The notes below the pieces were generated by a model. It was not told the origin of the DNA and searched no databases. It saw only the letters and a program-made list of their open reading frames with translations. Positions 20,836-30,334 of a DNA stretch of 64,000 nucleotides are shown piece by piece. Made by a program: the position numbers and the translations under genes. Numbering within the stretch: position 1 is the first letter of the stretch; each line of letters begins with the position of its first letter. The DNA comes from a virus (taxonomy: Duplodnaviria > Caudoviricetes): positions 32,001 to 96,000 of the IMG/VR virus record IMGVR_UViG_3300046820_001270; one strand, given 5' to 3'.

Positions 20836-21538
20836 ATGTTTATACGCAAATGGAGATAGTTGGACGGAAGGGGATGAAATCGGAGATGAAAAGGATCATC
20901 GTAACACGCCGACCCTTAGATATTACAACTCTTGGCCTTGGTTTTTATCACAAGAATTGAATATCGGTGTTTGTGTAAATGACGGTGCCAACGGAAGATC
21001 AAATTATAGAATTTTCAGAAGAACCATTAAATTTATATTTGAATGGATAGAAAATGGAAAAAATCCATCTGAGTTAATTATTATTAATGGATGGACAACG
21101 CCAGAAAGATTTGAACTACCTGTTATAGATAAAAAAGGAAAAGGTAGTTATACTCATCTATTAATCAATACCCCGATATATGATAAAATTAAGTATGATT
21201 CATTAACTATTGATAAAATTAATAAATTTAGCAATTTATTTTATGAATTAATTGACTTAAATGAATTAGATAAAAATATGATTAACCATATGAGAATATT
21301 GAGAATTATTACCAAATATTTTGGTATAACTTATTTTGATTTTATTGGTGTTGGTAATCACCCGAATAACATTAAATTAAATTATAAAGATGATTTTAGT
21401 AATCTTTTTTCTAAAAGTTTTTTAAATACGGTATATGAAAATAAATGGAGTACTCACGAACAAAAACACCCAACAATCGAAACCCACAAAAAATGGGCAA
21501 CACTATTGAAAAATTTTATTAATGAATATAATTTATAG
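20825..21538 (+). CDS. SGNH hydrolase-like protein
   Basis: ANGDSWTEG, GRSNYRI, HPTIETH; start moved to ATG 20825. Confidence 0.75.
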   Translation: MSYKCLYANGDSWTEGDEIGDEKDHRNTPTLRYYNSWPWFLSQELNIGVCVNDGANGRSNYRIFRRTIKFIFEWIENGKNPSELIIINGWTTPERFELPVIDKKGKGSYTHLLINTPIYDKIKYDSLTIDKINKFSNLFYELIDLNELDKNMINHMRILRIITKYFGITYFDFIGVGNHPNNIKLNYKDDFSNLFSKSFLNTVYENKWSTHEQKHPTIETHKKWATLLKNFINEYNL

Positions 21539-22244
21539 TTTATGTGGTAATGGACAAAGATTTAAAGATAAGGGATATGATACAATAAAATACCTTATCA
21601 AATATGGTAATGCACCTATGTTGTATCATTCTGTAAATACATTAGGTATTAGTGGTAATTTACATTTTATTGTTAGAGACGTACATTTAAAAGAATATAA
21701 ATTTTTAGAAAAGTTTCTATTAGATTTAGGTGGTAAAATAACAATTTGTTATAAGGAAACTTCGGGAGCAGCAGAATCTTTGTTATTATGTGAAAATGAT
21801 ATTGAAAATAAAGATTTACCATTTATATCGGTAAATTCAGATCAATATATGAATTGGAATGCTAAACCATTTATAAAAAAATTATTAGAAAATCCCGATA
21901 CTTCATATACACTAACATTTCAATCAACCGATCCAAAATGTAGTTATGTTAGATTGTTAAATGATAAAATAGTCGAAGTTAGAGAAAAATTAGTAATTAG
22001 CAATCAAGCAACTGTTGGGGTATATCATTGGAAAACAAGTAAAGATTTTTTTATTGATGCTAAACAAATGATTAATGATAATGTTAGAGACAATAATGAA
22101 TTTTACGTTGCACCAGTTTATAACTTTTCAATAAAAAGAGGATTAGTGGTTAAACCACATGAAATAAATCCAGATAATTTTATACCAGTCGGTACTCCAT
22201 ATGACTTGGTAAATTTTATGGCAGAACAAAGATTTTTTGATTAA
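21522..22244 (+). CDS. Sugar nucleotidyltransferase-like (NTP_transferase/GT-A) protein
   Basis: CGNGQRF..GY..IKYLI, TSGAAES, VNSD, VREK, EFYVAPVYN, VGTP. Confidence 0.75.
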   Translation: MNIIYSLCGNGQRFKDKGYDTIKYLIKYGNAPMLYHSVNTLGISGNLHFIVRDVHLKEYKFLEKFLLDLGGKITICYKETSGAAESLLLCENDIENKDLPFISVNSDQYMNWNAKPFIKKLLENPDTSYTLTFQSTDPKCSYVRLLNDKIVEVREKLVISNQATVGVYHWKTSKDFFIDAKQMINDNVRDNNEFYVAPVYNFSIKRGLVVKPHEINPDNFIPVGTPYDLVNFMAEQRFFD

Positions 22245-22576
22245 TGGAAAAATACAATATAAATGATTTTAAGAGAGGGTGGTTTATTGGTAATTTTGAA
22301 CCATCATTATTTAAGGGTAATTTTGAAGTAGGTCTTCAAAAATCAAAAATGGGAGATAGCCATGACGACCATTTCCATAAAAAAAATACCGAATATAATT
22401 TAGTTATTAGCGGTAGAATCAAAATAAACGATGAGGTATTTATTAAGGATGATATATTCATAATTAAACCATATACAGTAAGTCATAGTGTAGAATATCT
22501 TGAAGATACTGAAATTTTGGTTGTAAGAGATATGAGCGATTCTACAGATAAGTACATTTATAAAATAATTAATTAA
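22244..22576 (+). CDS. Cupin-fold protein
   Basis: RGWFIGNF, HFHK..EYNLVISG cupin metal motif. Confidence 0.75.
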   Translation: MEKYNINDFKRGWFIGNFEPSLFKGNFEVGLQKSKMGDSHDDHFHKKNTEYNLVISGRIKINDEVFIKDDIFIIKPYTVSHSVEYLEDTEILVVRDMSDSTDKYIYKIIN

Positions 22577-22578
22577 CA

Positions 22579-23802
22579 ATGAATATATATAAAAAAACGG
22601 CACCCGATAATCATTTTGTGGTCGAGTATTATTTGGAAGCAAAAACATCATTAAAAGATGCGGCTTGGAACATCGCTATAGGACAGAGTATAGGAAATCC
22701 AAATAATCGAAGTATTTGGGAAACTGAAGAAATGTATGAAAATCACATTTGTTTTATACTCGAAGATGAGGATTACTTAAAATCACATAAAAATGGTATT
22801 GTAAAAATTTCATTTCCACTTTCAAACATTAATTTAGAAGAAGACGGAATTTCACAAATTTTATGTCACATTGCTGGAGGACAAGTTGATATCTTAGAAA
22901 TTCAAAAATGTCATGTTTTAAATATTGAATTACCTGAAGATGTTGAAAACTCATTTAAATTAAAACCAGCATACGGTATAGACGGATTTAGAAAATTAAA
23001 TGGTGTTTACGAAAAACCATTTTTAGGTGGGATCATTAAACCAAAAGTTGGTATGTCACCGGAAGTGTTATTAGAAGTGGTAAAAGAAATGGTCAACGGA
23101 GGGGTTAATTTTATCAAAGAAGACGAGTTATTAGGAAACCCAAATCACTGTCCATTAGAACAAAGAGTACCACTTATTACAAAATGGTTAAAAGAAAATG
23201 CTCCTGATGTGATATATTGTTTTTGTATTAATGGAGATAGTCCATATGCATTACAAAGAGCCCAATTTGTGGTGGATAATGGGGGTAATGGTATTCATAT
23301 AAACGTTTGGAGTGGATTAGGTGTGTACCGAGCAATCAGGAAACAAAACCCAAATTTATGGATACATTTTCAAAAAAGTGGTGATAAATTTTTCACAGAT
23401 AAAAGAGCACCGTTTCACATATATTGGCCCGTGATTTGTAAAATTGCAGGATGGTCTGGTGTAGATTCAATTCATGCGGGTATGATTGGTGGGTATATGA
23501 ATCAGGATGAAGAAGAATTAAAAGACACTTTAAAAATGTTATGGAAATACAATATTGTTCCAGCTCTAAGTTGTGGTATGCATCCAGGATTAGTACAATA
23601 TGTTAATGAATCTTTAAAAAGTTTTGATTGGATGGCAAATGTCGGTGGAGCAATGCATGCACATCCGATGGGAACTTTGGGAGGAGGAATTGCCATGAAA
23701 CAAGCAATAAATAAAAACTTTGACGGACAAGAATTCAAAATTGCAACTGAGAAATGGGGCAATAAAGAGTTTAACCCAGATTTGGCTTATCGATATTTTT
23801 AA
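22579..23802 (+). CDS. RuBisCO-like protein (form IV, RLP)
   Basis: GIIKPKVG (K175/K177 equivalents), IKEDE (KxDE), IHAG, SCG, GGAMHAHP; loop-6 Lys absent. Confidence 0.9.
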   Translation: MNIYKKTAPDNHFVVEYYLEAKTSLKDAAWNIAIGQSIGNPNNRSIWETEEMYENHICFILEDEDYLKSHKNGIVKISFPLSNINLEEDGISQILCHIAGGQVDILEIQKCHVLNIELPEDVENSFKLKPAYGIDGFRKLNGVYEKPFLGGIIKPKVGMSPEVLLEVVKEMVNGGVNFIKEDELLGNPNHCPLEQRVPLITKWLKENAPDVIYCFCINGDSPYALQRAQFVVDNGGNGIHINVWSGLGVYRAIRKQNPNLWIHFQKSGDKFFTDKRAPFHIYWPVICKIAGWSGVDSIHAGMIGGYMNQDEEELKDTLKMLWKYNIVPALSCGMHPGLVQYVNESLKSFDWMANVGGAMHAHPMGTLGGGIAMKQAINKNFDGQEFKIATEKWGNKEFNPDLAYRYF

Positions 23803-23816
23803 AAAATAATTTAATA

Positions 23817-25484
23817 ATGTATATAATAGGTATATCCGCATTTTATCACGATTCGTCTGTTTGTTTATTTAGAGACAATCAATTAATTTTTGCTTGTGAA
23901 GAAGAAAAGTTCACAGGTATTAAACATGATAGTTCGTTCCCAACGAATGCCTTGGAATATATCTATAAACAATATAAGATTACATCCAAAAATTTACAAG
24001 CAGTTTGTTATTATGAGGATCCTAAATTAAAATATCAAAGAGTAATGGAGAACATTAAACCTCAATGGTTTAAAAATCCAATATACTCATTGAAGTCTTA
24101 TTTTAAAATACGTAGTAATGTAAAGAATGTTGATAAGAAATTAAAAGAGATCTGCCCAACGATATTTTATTCAACACATCATGAAGCACATCAGTATTAT
24201 GCACATTATACATCACATTTTGAGGAATCAACTTGTTTATCAGTTGACGGTGTAGGTGAGATTGATACGGTGTCATTGGGAGTTGCAGATTATAATGGAA
24301 TCAAATACAGTTCACTTGCAAAGTATCCACATTCAATGGGTCTTTATTACTCCGCATTGACCTCATATTTAGGGTTTAGACCGAACGAAGGTGAGTATAA
24401 GGTAATGGGATTAGCGTCTTATGGTGATCCTCAAAAGTACATTAAAGAGGTACGTGATTTGATTTCATTTAAAAGTGGTAAGTTGGTGTGTAATATGAAT
24501 GTATTTTGTTGGAATAAGACCGATAAATCTATGTTCAATGAGAAACTTGTGGAACTATTAAGTGTTCCACAAAGATTACCTGAAGAAACATTGGAACAAA
24601 CACATAAAGACTTGGCTGCTGCCGTTCAACTAAGATATGAGGAGGTATTGTTTGAAATTATCAAATCAATTAGACACGTAAGTAAAAGTCCAAACTTAAC
24701 ATTAAGTGGTGGTTGTGCGTATAATGGAACGGCTAATGGTAAAATTGTTGATAAATCACATTTTACACACCTTTGGATTCCACCGGCACCATCTGATGCG
24801 GGATCGGCAATTGGATCAGTCGTTCATTATTTGGTTAAAGAACGTAAAGTAAGAAGTAAAATTACAAGAAATCCATTTTTAGGACCTCAATATTATTTTG
24901 ATGATATTAGACGAGCAATTCATAGAAATAATTTTAAAAAGTTTGAATCTGAAAATAAATTAAGAACACATATTGCTCAAAAATTATTCGAAGGTAAAGT
25001 TGTGGGATGGTTTAATGGTCACATTGAATTCGGAGCAAGATCTTTAGGTAATAGATCAATATTGGCAAATCCAACATTACCTGATATGAAAGATAGAATT
25101 AATAAGGTCATTAAGAAAAGAGAAGGATTTAGACCGTTTGCACCAATGGTGACCAAAGAGAAACAAGATCAATTCTTTGAGATGACGGATGACGTTCCTT
25201 ATATGAATCAGGTTGTTAAGGTAAAGGAAGAATATCGAGATAAATTACCTGCGGTCACACACGTAGATGGTAGTGCAAGAGTTCAAACAGTTTACAAATA
25301 CACCGTTATTTATGATTTATTAAACGAATTTGAAAAATTAAGTGGTTATCCAATTTTATTGAATACCTCATTCAATGTTAAAGATAAGACAATGGTGTTG
25401 ACACCGAAAGATGCGGTTGATACTTTCTTTGATACTGATATGGATATATTAGTAATGGGTAATTATGTTATGTATAAAAATTAA
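23817..25484 (+). CDS. O-carbamoyltransferase (NodU/CmcH/TobZ family)
   Basis: HDSS..EEKF, HHEAH, VDGVGE, GEYKVMGLA, GGCAYN, EFGARSLGNRSILA, REGFRPFAP, HVDGSARVQ, LNTSFN. Confidence 0.95.
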   Translation: MYIIGISAFYHDSSVCLFRDNQLIFACEEEKFTGIKHDSSFPTNALEYIYKQYKITSKNLQAVCYYEDPKLKYQRVMENIKPQWFKNPIYSLKSYFKIRSNVKNVDKKLKEICPTIFYSTHHEAHQYYAHYTSHFEESTCLSVDGVGEIDTVSLGVADYNGIKYSSLAKYPHSMGLYYSALTSYLGFRPNEGEYKVMGLASYGDPQKYIKEVRDLISFKSGKLVCNMNVFCWNKTDKSMFNEKLVELLSVPQRLPEETLEQTHKDLAAAVQLRYEEVLFEIIKSIRHVSKSPNLTLSGGCAYNGTANGKIVDKSHFTHLWIPPAPSDAGSAIGSVVHYLVKERKVRSKITRNPFLGPQYYFDDIRRAIHRNNFKKFESENKLRTHIAQKLFEGKVVGWFNGHIEFGARSLGNRSILANPTLPDMKDRINKVIKKREGFRPFAPMVTKEKQDQFFEMTDDVPYMNQVVKVKEEYRDKLPAVTHVDGSARVQTVYKYTVIYDLLNEFEKLSGYPILLNTSFNVKDKTMVLTPKDAVDTFFDTDMDILVMGNYVMYKN

Positions 25485-25487
25485 AAT

Positions 25488-25604
25488 ATGAAAAAATTAA
25501 TCAATTGGGTAAAAGACTACTTTGAAAGAAGAAAAAGAAAGAAAGAATTTAAAAAGAAATTAGAAGATTTACGTAAAAGAGATCCATTTATTTATAATCA
25601 CTAA
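25488..25604 (+). CDS. 38-aa basic peptide ending RKRDPFIYNH (not in the ORF track)
   Basis: Hand translation MKKLINWVKDYFERRKRKKEFKKKLEDLRKRDPFIYNH; starts 3 nt after the carbamoyltransferase stop. Confidence 0.65.
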   Translation: MKKLINWVKDYFERRKRKKEFKKKLEDLRKRDPFIYNH

Positions 25605-25632
25605 TTTCGTGATATTTATATAAAAACAAATC

Positions 25633-25836
25633 ATGACATTCAAAATCAATGCACTTAAAACAATCGTAGGAAACGAAGAATTCGTATTATTGGACAATAT
25701 TTTTAACTCTGCTCAAGAAGCATTGGACTTTGTAAAGGCAAACTTATCATTAAATGATACTTTAGGACCAAAAAACGTTGTAAGTATTAAAATAAATGAC
25801 GTTTACTATCATTATTTTGAAATTATCGAAGGATAA
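25633..25836 (+). CDS. Hypothetical protein
   Basis: 67-aa ORF preceded by TATTTAT. Confidence 0.55.
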   Translation: MTFKINALKTIVGNEEFVLLDNIFNSAQEALDFVKANLSLNDTLGPKNVVSIKINDVYYHYFEIIEG

Positions 25837-25837
25837 T

Positions 25838-25866
25838 TTGACAATTTGAGGTATTTTTAGTATATT
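25838..25866 (+). promoter_or_regulatory. Sigma70-like promoter TTGACA-N17-TATATT
   Basis: TTGACA at 25838-25843, 17-nt spacer, TATATT at 25861-25866, just upstream of cysC. Confidence 0.7.
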
Positions 25867-25874
25867 ATATCATT

Positions 25875-26312
25875 ATGATATACTGGTTAACTGGACAACC
25901 CGCAGCAGGTAAAACAACATTAGGTACTTGGATTCAATCAAGTTTCCCTAATAAGTCCATAATTGTGGACGGAGACGATATCCGAGAAATATTCGTAAAT
26001 AAAGACTATTCTGAGGAAGGAAGGAAGAAAAACATTGAAAAGGCACAGATTTTGGCTAAGTTCCTTCATCATAAGGGTTATACCGTTATCGTATCGTTAG
26101 TTTCACCATATAGAGATCAAAGAGAAGAGTTTAAGAACGAAATGGGTGATAACTTAAGAGAAATCTATGTACATACCACCCAAGATAGAGGACGTAATCA
26201 TTTTCATGTTGAGGGGTATGAGCCACCTTTAGATAACTACTACGATTGTAATACTACAGATAGTAGTGAATATCAAACATTTTTAGAATTAAGAAGAAAA
26301 TTAAACATTTAA
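25875..26312 (+). CDS. cysC: Adenylylsulfate (APS) kinase
   Basis: GQPAAGKTT P-loop, VDGDDIRE, VIVSLVSPY, YEPP. Confidence 0.9.
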   Translation: MIYWLTGQPAAGKTTLGTWIQSSFPNKSIIVDGDDIREIFVNKDYSEEGRKKNIEKAQILAKFLHHKGYTVIVSLVSPYRDQREEFKNEMGDNLREIYVHTTQDRGRNHFHVEGYEPPLDNYYDCNTTDSSEYQTFLELRRKLNI

Positions 26313-26316
26313 TAAT

Positions 26317-26682
26317 ATGAGTAAGAAATATGCAATGTATGTTGGCAGATGGCAGAATTGGCACAAGGGCCACGAATGGTTAATTAACCAACAGTTAGAA
26401 AAGGGTAAGGATATTTGGGTTGCAATTAGAAATGTTCCGACAGATGAAAATAATCCTAAAACGGCCCAAGAAGTAATGATGGAATTAGCTGGTGAACCAT
26501 ATTTTATGGAAAATTCACATAGAATTAATATATCCATTATTCCAGATATTGAAAGTATCAATTATGGTAGAGGGGTTGGTTATGACGTTATTTATCACGA
26601 ACCACCACCTGAAGTTGAAGTAATAAGTGGAACTAAAATCCGTAATGGAGAAATGACAACTGACGGTAAAGTTAAAGGATAA
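26317..26682 (+). CDS. HxGH-type (cytidylyltransferase-like) nucleotidyltransferase
   Basis: GRWQNWHKGH and C-terminal ISGTKIR. Confidence 0.8.
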   Translation: MSKKYAMYVGRWQNWHKGHEWLINQQLEKGKDIWVAIRNVPTDENNPKTAQEVMMELAGEPYFMENSHRINISIIPDIESINYGRGVGYDVIYHEPPPEVEVISGTKIRNGEMTTDGKVKG

Positions 26683-27197
26683 TGATACACCAAAGAGTTT
26701 TATTTACCAAAGACGAATGTGATTACCTTATAAATTACAGAAATAATGGTGTTTACCGAAATAACGGAGGGTATGTAAACCATGTTGATATAAATTATAA
26801 ACAGTGGTCAATTTTCAGAAATAGTGATTTAGAATTTTTGTTTGATAGAATTATATCTTTTGCTGAAATATCCTTTGATGTAAAAATAGAAAATTTTAAA
26901 GAGGAAAGTTGGATCTATCAGTGGGAAGTGAATGACGGTTATGGAATGCATAGGGATAATGTTAAAAATAGGAAATTCATAATAGGTGTACAATTGAATG
27001 ACGATTATGTTGGAGGGGATTTAATGGTTGATTATGGTAATCAAATATTAATTGCGGATAAAACAATTGGTAATTGTTATACTTTTGAATCCGCAATGTT
27101 ACACGGAGTTTCACCTATAATATCGGGTAATAGATTTAATATGTTAACTTTTTTTCCAACGTATAATATAAAACAGAATAAAGTTAGTTTAATATGA
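26682..27197 (+). CDS. 2OG-Fe(II) oxygenase
   Basis: HRD, YVGGDL, LHGVSPIISGNRF. Confidence 0.85.
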   Translation: MIHQRVLFTKDECDYLINYRNNGVYRNNGGYVNHVDINYKQWSIFRNSDLEFLFDRIISFAEISFDVKIENFKEESWIYQWEVNDGYGMHRDNVKNRKFIIGVQLNDDYVGGDLMVDYGNQILIADKTIGNCYTFESAMLHGVSPIISGNRFNMLTFFPTYNIKQNKVSLI

Positions 27198-27403
27198 TAG
27201 TAGAAAGAAAAAGACACATAGTTAAAACAATATCGTATCGTGTTATTAGTACTTTAATAGGGTTTGTTATAATGTGGTGGGTAAGTGGATCAATTAAAGT
27301 TGGTGCGGCATTTGGTGTGGCGGAATTGATATATAAACCCATACAATATTACATTCACGAAAGAATATGGTATAAGTGGATAAAATATGGATTAAAAAAA
27401 TAA
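27194..27403 (+). CDS. Small membrane protein (DUF2061-like)
   Basis: RHIVKTISYR..YYIHERIW with two hydrophobic segments. Confidence 0.75.
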   Translation: MIVERKRHIVKTISYRVISTLIGFVIMWWVSGSIKVGAAFGVAELIYKPIQYYIHERIWYKWIKYGLKK

Positions 27404-27439
27404 AAAAAGAAAAAACAATAATCTAATATATAATAAGTT

Positions 27440-28003
27440 ATGATTGGTAATATAGACATATTTGAAAAATTCCTATCACCCGAAGAATGCGACCTTATTT
27501 TAAATAAATGTAAAGGAGAATTAACATTATCAAAGGCGAAAGTATACGGGGATAATTCTAACGATACTCATACTAAAACAATTAGAAAATCATCAATCGG
27601 GTGGATATCTGATTTAGGATTTTTAAATGAAAGATTAACAAATATATTAAAAAAAACATTCACAATAAACGGTATGGAAGTTACTGGATTAGGTAATTAT
27701 CAATTTACTGAATACAAAGAAGACGAATATTTTGATTGGCATACTGATAGTACGGACACTATATATAGAGATAGATTTACATCAATAGTAATTCAATTAA
27801 ACGATACATATCAAGGTGGAATATTGGAAATAAAAAATATTAAAGGAGAACTAGTACCAATAGAAAATAAAATAGGAACGTTATATATTTTTAATTCAAG
27901 ATTATCACATAGAGTAACACCTGTGGTAGATGGTATTAGATACTCATTAGTAAATTGGGTATCATTAGTTAAAACCGATTCAAAAAAACAAAATCTTTTA
28001 TAA
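27440..28003 (+). CDS. 2OG-Fe(II) oxygenase (prolyl-hydroxylase-like)
   Basis: YQFTEY..WHTD, YQGGILE, HRVTPV..GIRYSLVNW. Confidence 0.9.
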   Translation: MIGNIDIFEKFLSPEECDLILNKCKGELTLSKAKVYGDNSNDTHTKTIRKSSIGWISDLGFLNERLTNILKKTFTINGMEVTGLGNYQFTEYKEDEYFDWHTDSTDTIYRDRFTSIVIQLNDTYQGGILEIKNIKGELVPIENKIGTLYIFNSRLSHRVTPVVDGIRYSLVNWVSLVKTDSKKQNLL

Positions 28004-28023
28004 TAATAAAAAAACAAAAACAA

Positions 28024-28233
28024 ATGAAAATTTTTAATTTAGGTGATGCCTCACCATCAGGTAGAATGACATTCCTTTCAATAGGGGTGGTGGTATTTAT
28101 AGCCAATTGTTTAGCTGGTTTTGATAACATTAGTTGGGTACATTGGCTACCTCCGGTTCTTTTACCTTTGGCCGCTTTAACTGGAATTTGTCCTTTTAAG
28201 ATCGTATGGGAAAAATTAGGATTTAGAAAATAA
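28024..28233 (+). CDS. Small membrane protein (DUF2892/YgaP-like)
   Basis: Two hydrophobic segments, ALTGICP motif. Confidence 0.6.
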   Translation: MKIFNLGDASPSGRMTFLSIGVVVFIANCLAGFDNISWVHWLPPVLLPLAALTGICPFKIVWEKLGFRK

Positions 28234-28242
28234 AAAAATAAA

Positions 28243-28578
28243 ATGAAATTTATATTAACATTTGCAATTGCTATTATAATTTTATATTCTATTATTGGTT
28301 GGAAACGAATATTTGATAGATATAAAATGTTTATGAATAAAACTTATTGGACAGATTATAATACAATTGAGTTTGCTGCTTGGTTTGCTAAGGCGATCAT
28401 CATAATACCTGGATTAGTATTCGGAATTGAAATATGGTATCTACATTTCCTAACACTACTTACGTCTTCATTATTGATTTGGGCATCAATGAAAAAGGAT
28501 TTACCTACATTAATTGCTTTTAATACGATATGGATTTGTTTATCATTAACGATATTAATAAGACATTTAATACCATAA
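28243..28578 (+). CDS. Membrane protein, about 4 TM segments
   Basis: Four hydrophobic stretches in 111 aa. Confidence 0.6.
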   Translation: MKFILTFAIAIIILYSIIGWKRIFDRYKMFMNKTYWTDYNTIEFAAWFAKAIIIIPGLVFGIEIWYLHFLTLLTSSLLIWASMKKDLPTLIAFNTIWICLSLTILIRHLIP

Positions 28579-28579
28579 T

Positions 28580-29821
28580 ATGAAAGTTACAATTATAGGT
28601 GGAGGAACTGCCGGTTGGTTATCGGGTTTATATTTTAATTCTCAGGGATATGAAGATATTACAATTATAGATAGTTCCAAAGTTGGAATATTAGGTGCGG
28701 GAGAGGCATCTACACCAAATTTAAATGGATTATTATTAAATTTAGGAATTGATAAGATTGATTTTTTAAAAACAACCGGAGCAACCATAAAGGTATCGAA
28801 TGATTTTATAAATTGGTCTCCCTTCGGAGGTAAATACGAAAACCCATTCGGTCACCCCAATAGATTAAAAGAAGAAAATGATAATACATATGGTTATCAT
28901 TTTGATGCGAGAGAATGTGCTAAGTATTTTAAAAATATAGGAATTAATAGAGGAATAAAACATTTAGATGTTAATATTACACATTTTACTCAAAATGAAA
29001 ACGGAGATATTACCAATATTCATACCGAAGAAAAAATAAACATTGAAACAGAATTTGTTATCGATTGTAGTGGTTTTGGTAGATTATGTATCGGTAAATT
29101 ATATAATAGTAAATGGAAATCGTATTCGGAATATTTGAAGGCTAACTGTGCAATTGCATATTTTCTACCACAGGATAGAGTATTGACAGAAAATTCTAAA
29201 ACACATACCCAATCCATTGCTATGAAAAACGGATGGATGTGGCAAGCACCACTACAACATAGATGGGGATGTGGATATGTGTTTAATGATACTTACATTA
29301 CAAATGAAGAGGCTAAAAAAGAAGTTGAAGATTACTTGGGTAGAGAAATTGAAATTGTTAAAACTTTCAAATTTGATGCTGGTGGGTATGAAGAAACATG
29401 GATTAATAATTGTGTTGCACTTGGGTTATCTAGCGGATTTTTAGAACCATTAGAAGGAACATCGTTAATGTCCGTTATATGGTCTTTAAATAAATTAAGT
29501 GATATTAGGTTAGAAAATTGTAATTTTGAAAATAGAAAATTATATAATGAATATGTTAATAATGTAAATTATCAATCTATGTTGTTTGTTAGACATCATT
29601 ATAATTGTGGTCGAACTGATACTAAATTTTGGAGAGATATAAATAATACTAAATTACCATCAGATTTAATTAAAATACTTAGAAGTTTAGAAAAGAATAT
29701 TGAAGACGATTCATTGATTTATATTACAAGTAAAAAAGATGGATTACCAATATTTGGTAAAAATCATTATCAAATAGTTGATTTGGGTCATAAATCAAAA
29801 ACAATAAAAACATTTTTATAA
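28580..29821 (+). CDS. Tryptophan halogenase (PrnA/RebH)-family flavoprotein
   Basis: IIGGGTAGW, GAGEAST, IDCSG, GWMWQAP (WxWxIP-like), FLEPLEGTS. Confidence 0.85.
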   Translation: MKVTIIGGGTAGWLSGLYFNSQGYEDITIIDSSKVGILGAGEASTPNLNGLLLNLGIDKIDFLKTTGATIKVSNDFINWSPFGGKYENPFGHPNRLKEENDNTYGYHFDARECAKYFKNIGINRGIKHLDVNITHFTQNENGDITNIHTEEKINIETEFVIDCSGFGRLCIGKLYNSKWKSYSEYLKANCAIAYFLPQDRVLTENSKTHTQSIAMKNGWMWQAPLQHRWGCGYVFNDTYITNEEAKKEVEDYLGREIEIVKTFKFDAGGYEETWINNCVALGLSSGFLEPLEGTSLMSVIWSLNKLSDIRLENCNFENRKLYNEYVNNVNYQSMLFVRHHYNCGRTDTKFWRDINNTKLPSDLIKILRSLEKNIEDDSLIYITSKKDGLPIFGKNHYQIVDLGHKSKTIKTFL

Positions 29822-29822
29822 G

Positions 29823-30332
29823 ATGAATCATATATTAGTTGATAATTTTTTTAACGACCCCCATTCAATCAGAAAACTTGCATTGTCTATGGAATATGTT
29901 AAATCATCTAAAAAAACAGGATGGAAAGGATATAGAGTCATTATAAATAATGATGATATAAAAAAATATATTAAATATAAATTAATTGAAATAGATAAAA
30001 AATTTGAAAATTTATTGATAGATGAAATTTTTTTTCATTATATTTTAGAGGAAAATAGAAATGATTTAAAAAAAAGATTACACAAAGACACAACAGATTT
30101 TGCTGGAGTTATTTACCTCACACCAAACCCACCTAAAAATTCAGGAACAACCTTACATAACGATAATACCAATTTGGAGAACGTAATTGATAATGTATAT
30201 AATAGATTTATTTTCTATGACGGAAAAAAATTACACGGCCCACAAGATACTTTTGGTAATAGTATTGAAAATGGTAGATTAACATTAACCATGTTTGCAA
30301 ATATTAGTAAGAATAAAAAAACAATAATATAA
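29823..30332 (+). CDS. DUF6445-like putative 2OG-Fe(II) oxygenase
   Basis: VDNFFNDP..IRKLAL, HKD, YLTP, NVYNR, LHG, RLT. Confidence 0.7.
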   Translation: MNHILVDNFFNDPHSIRKLALSMEYVKSSKKTGWKGYRVIINNDDIKKYIKYKLIEIDKKFENLLIDEIFFHYILEENRNDLKKRLHKDTTDFAGVIYLTPNPPKNSGTTLHNDNTNLENVIDNVYNRFIFYDGKKLHGPQDTFGNSIENGRLTLTMFANISKNKKTII

Positions 30333-30334
30333 TT

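Noticed and set aside
22579-23802. Phage-encoded CO2-fixing RuBisCO
   Set aside because: Loop-6 Lys and the E60, N123 and R295 equivalents are missing, and there is no small subunit or phosphoribulokinase; the pattern fits form IV.
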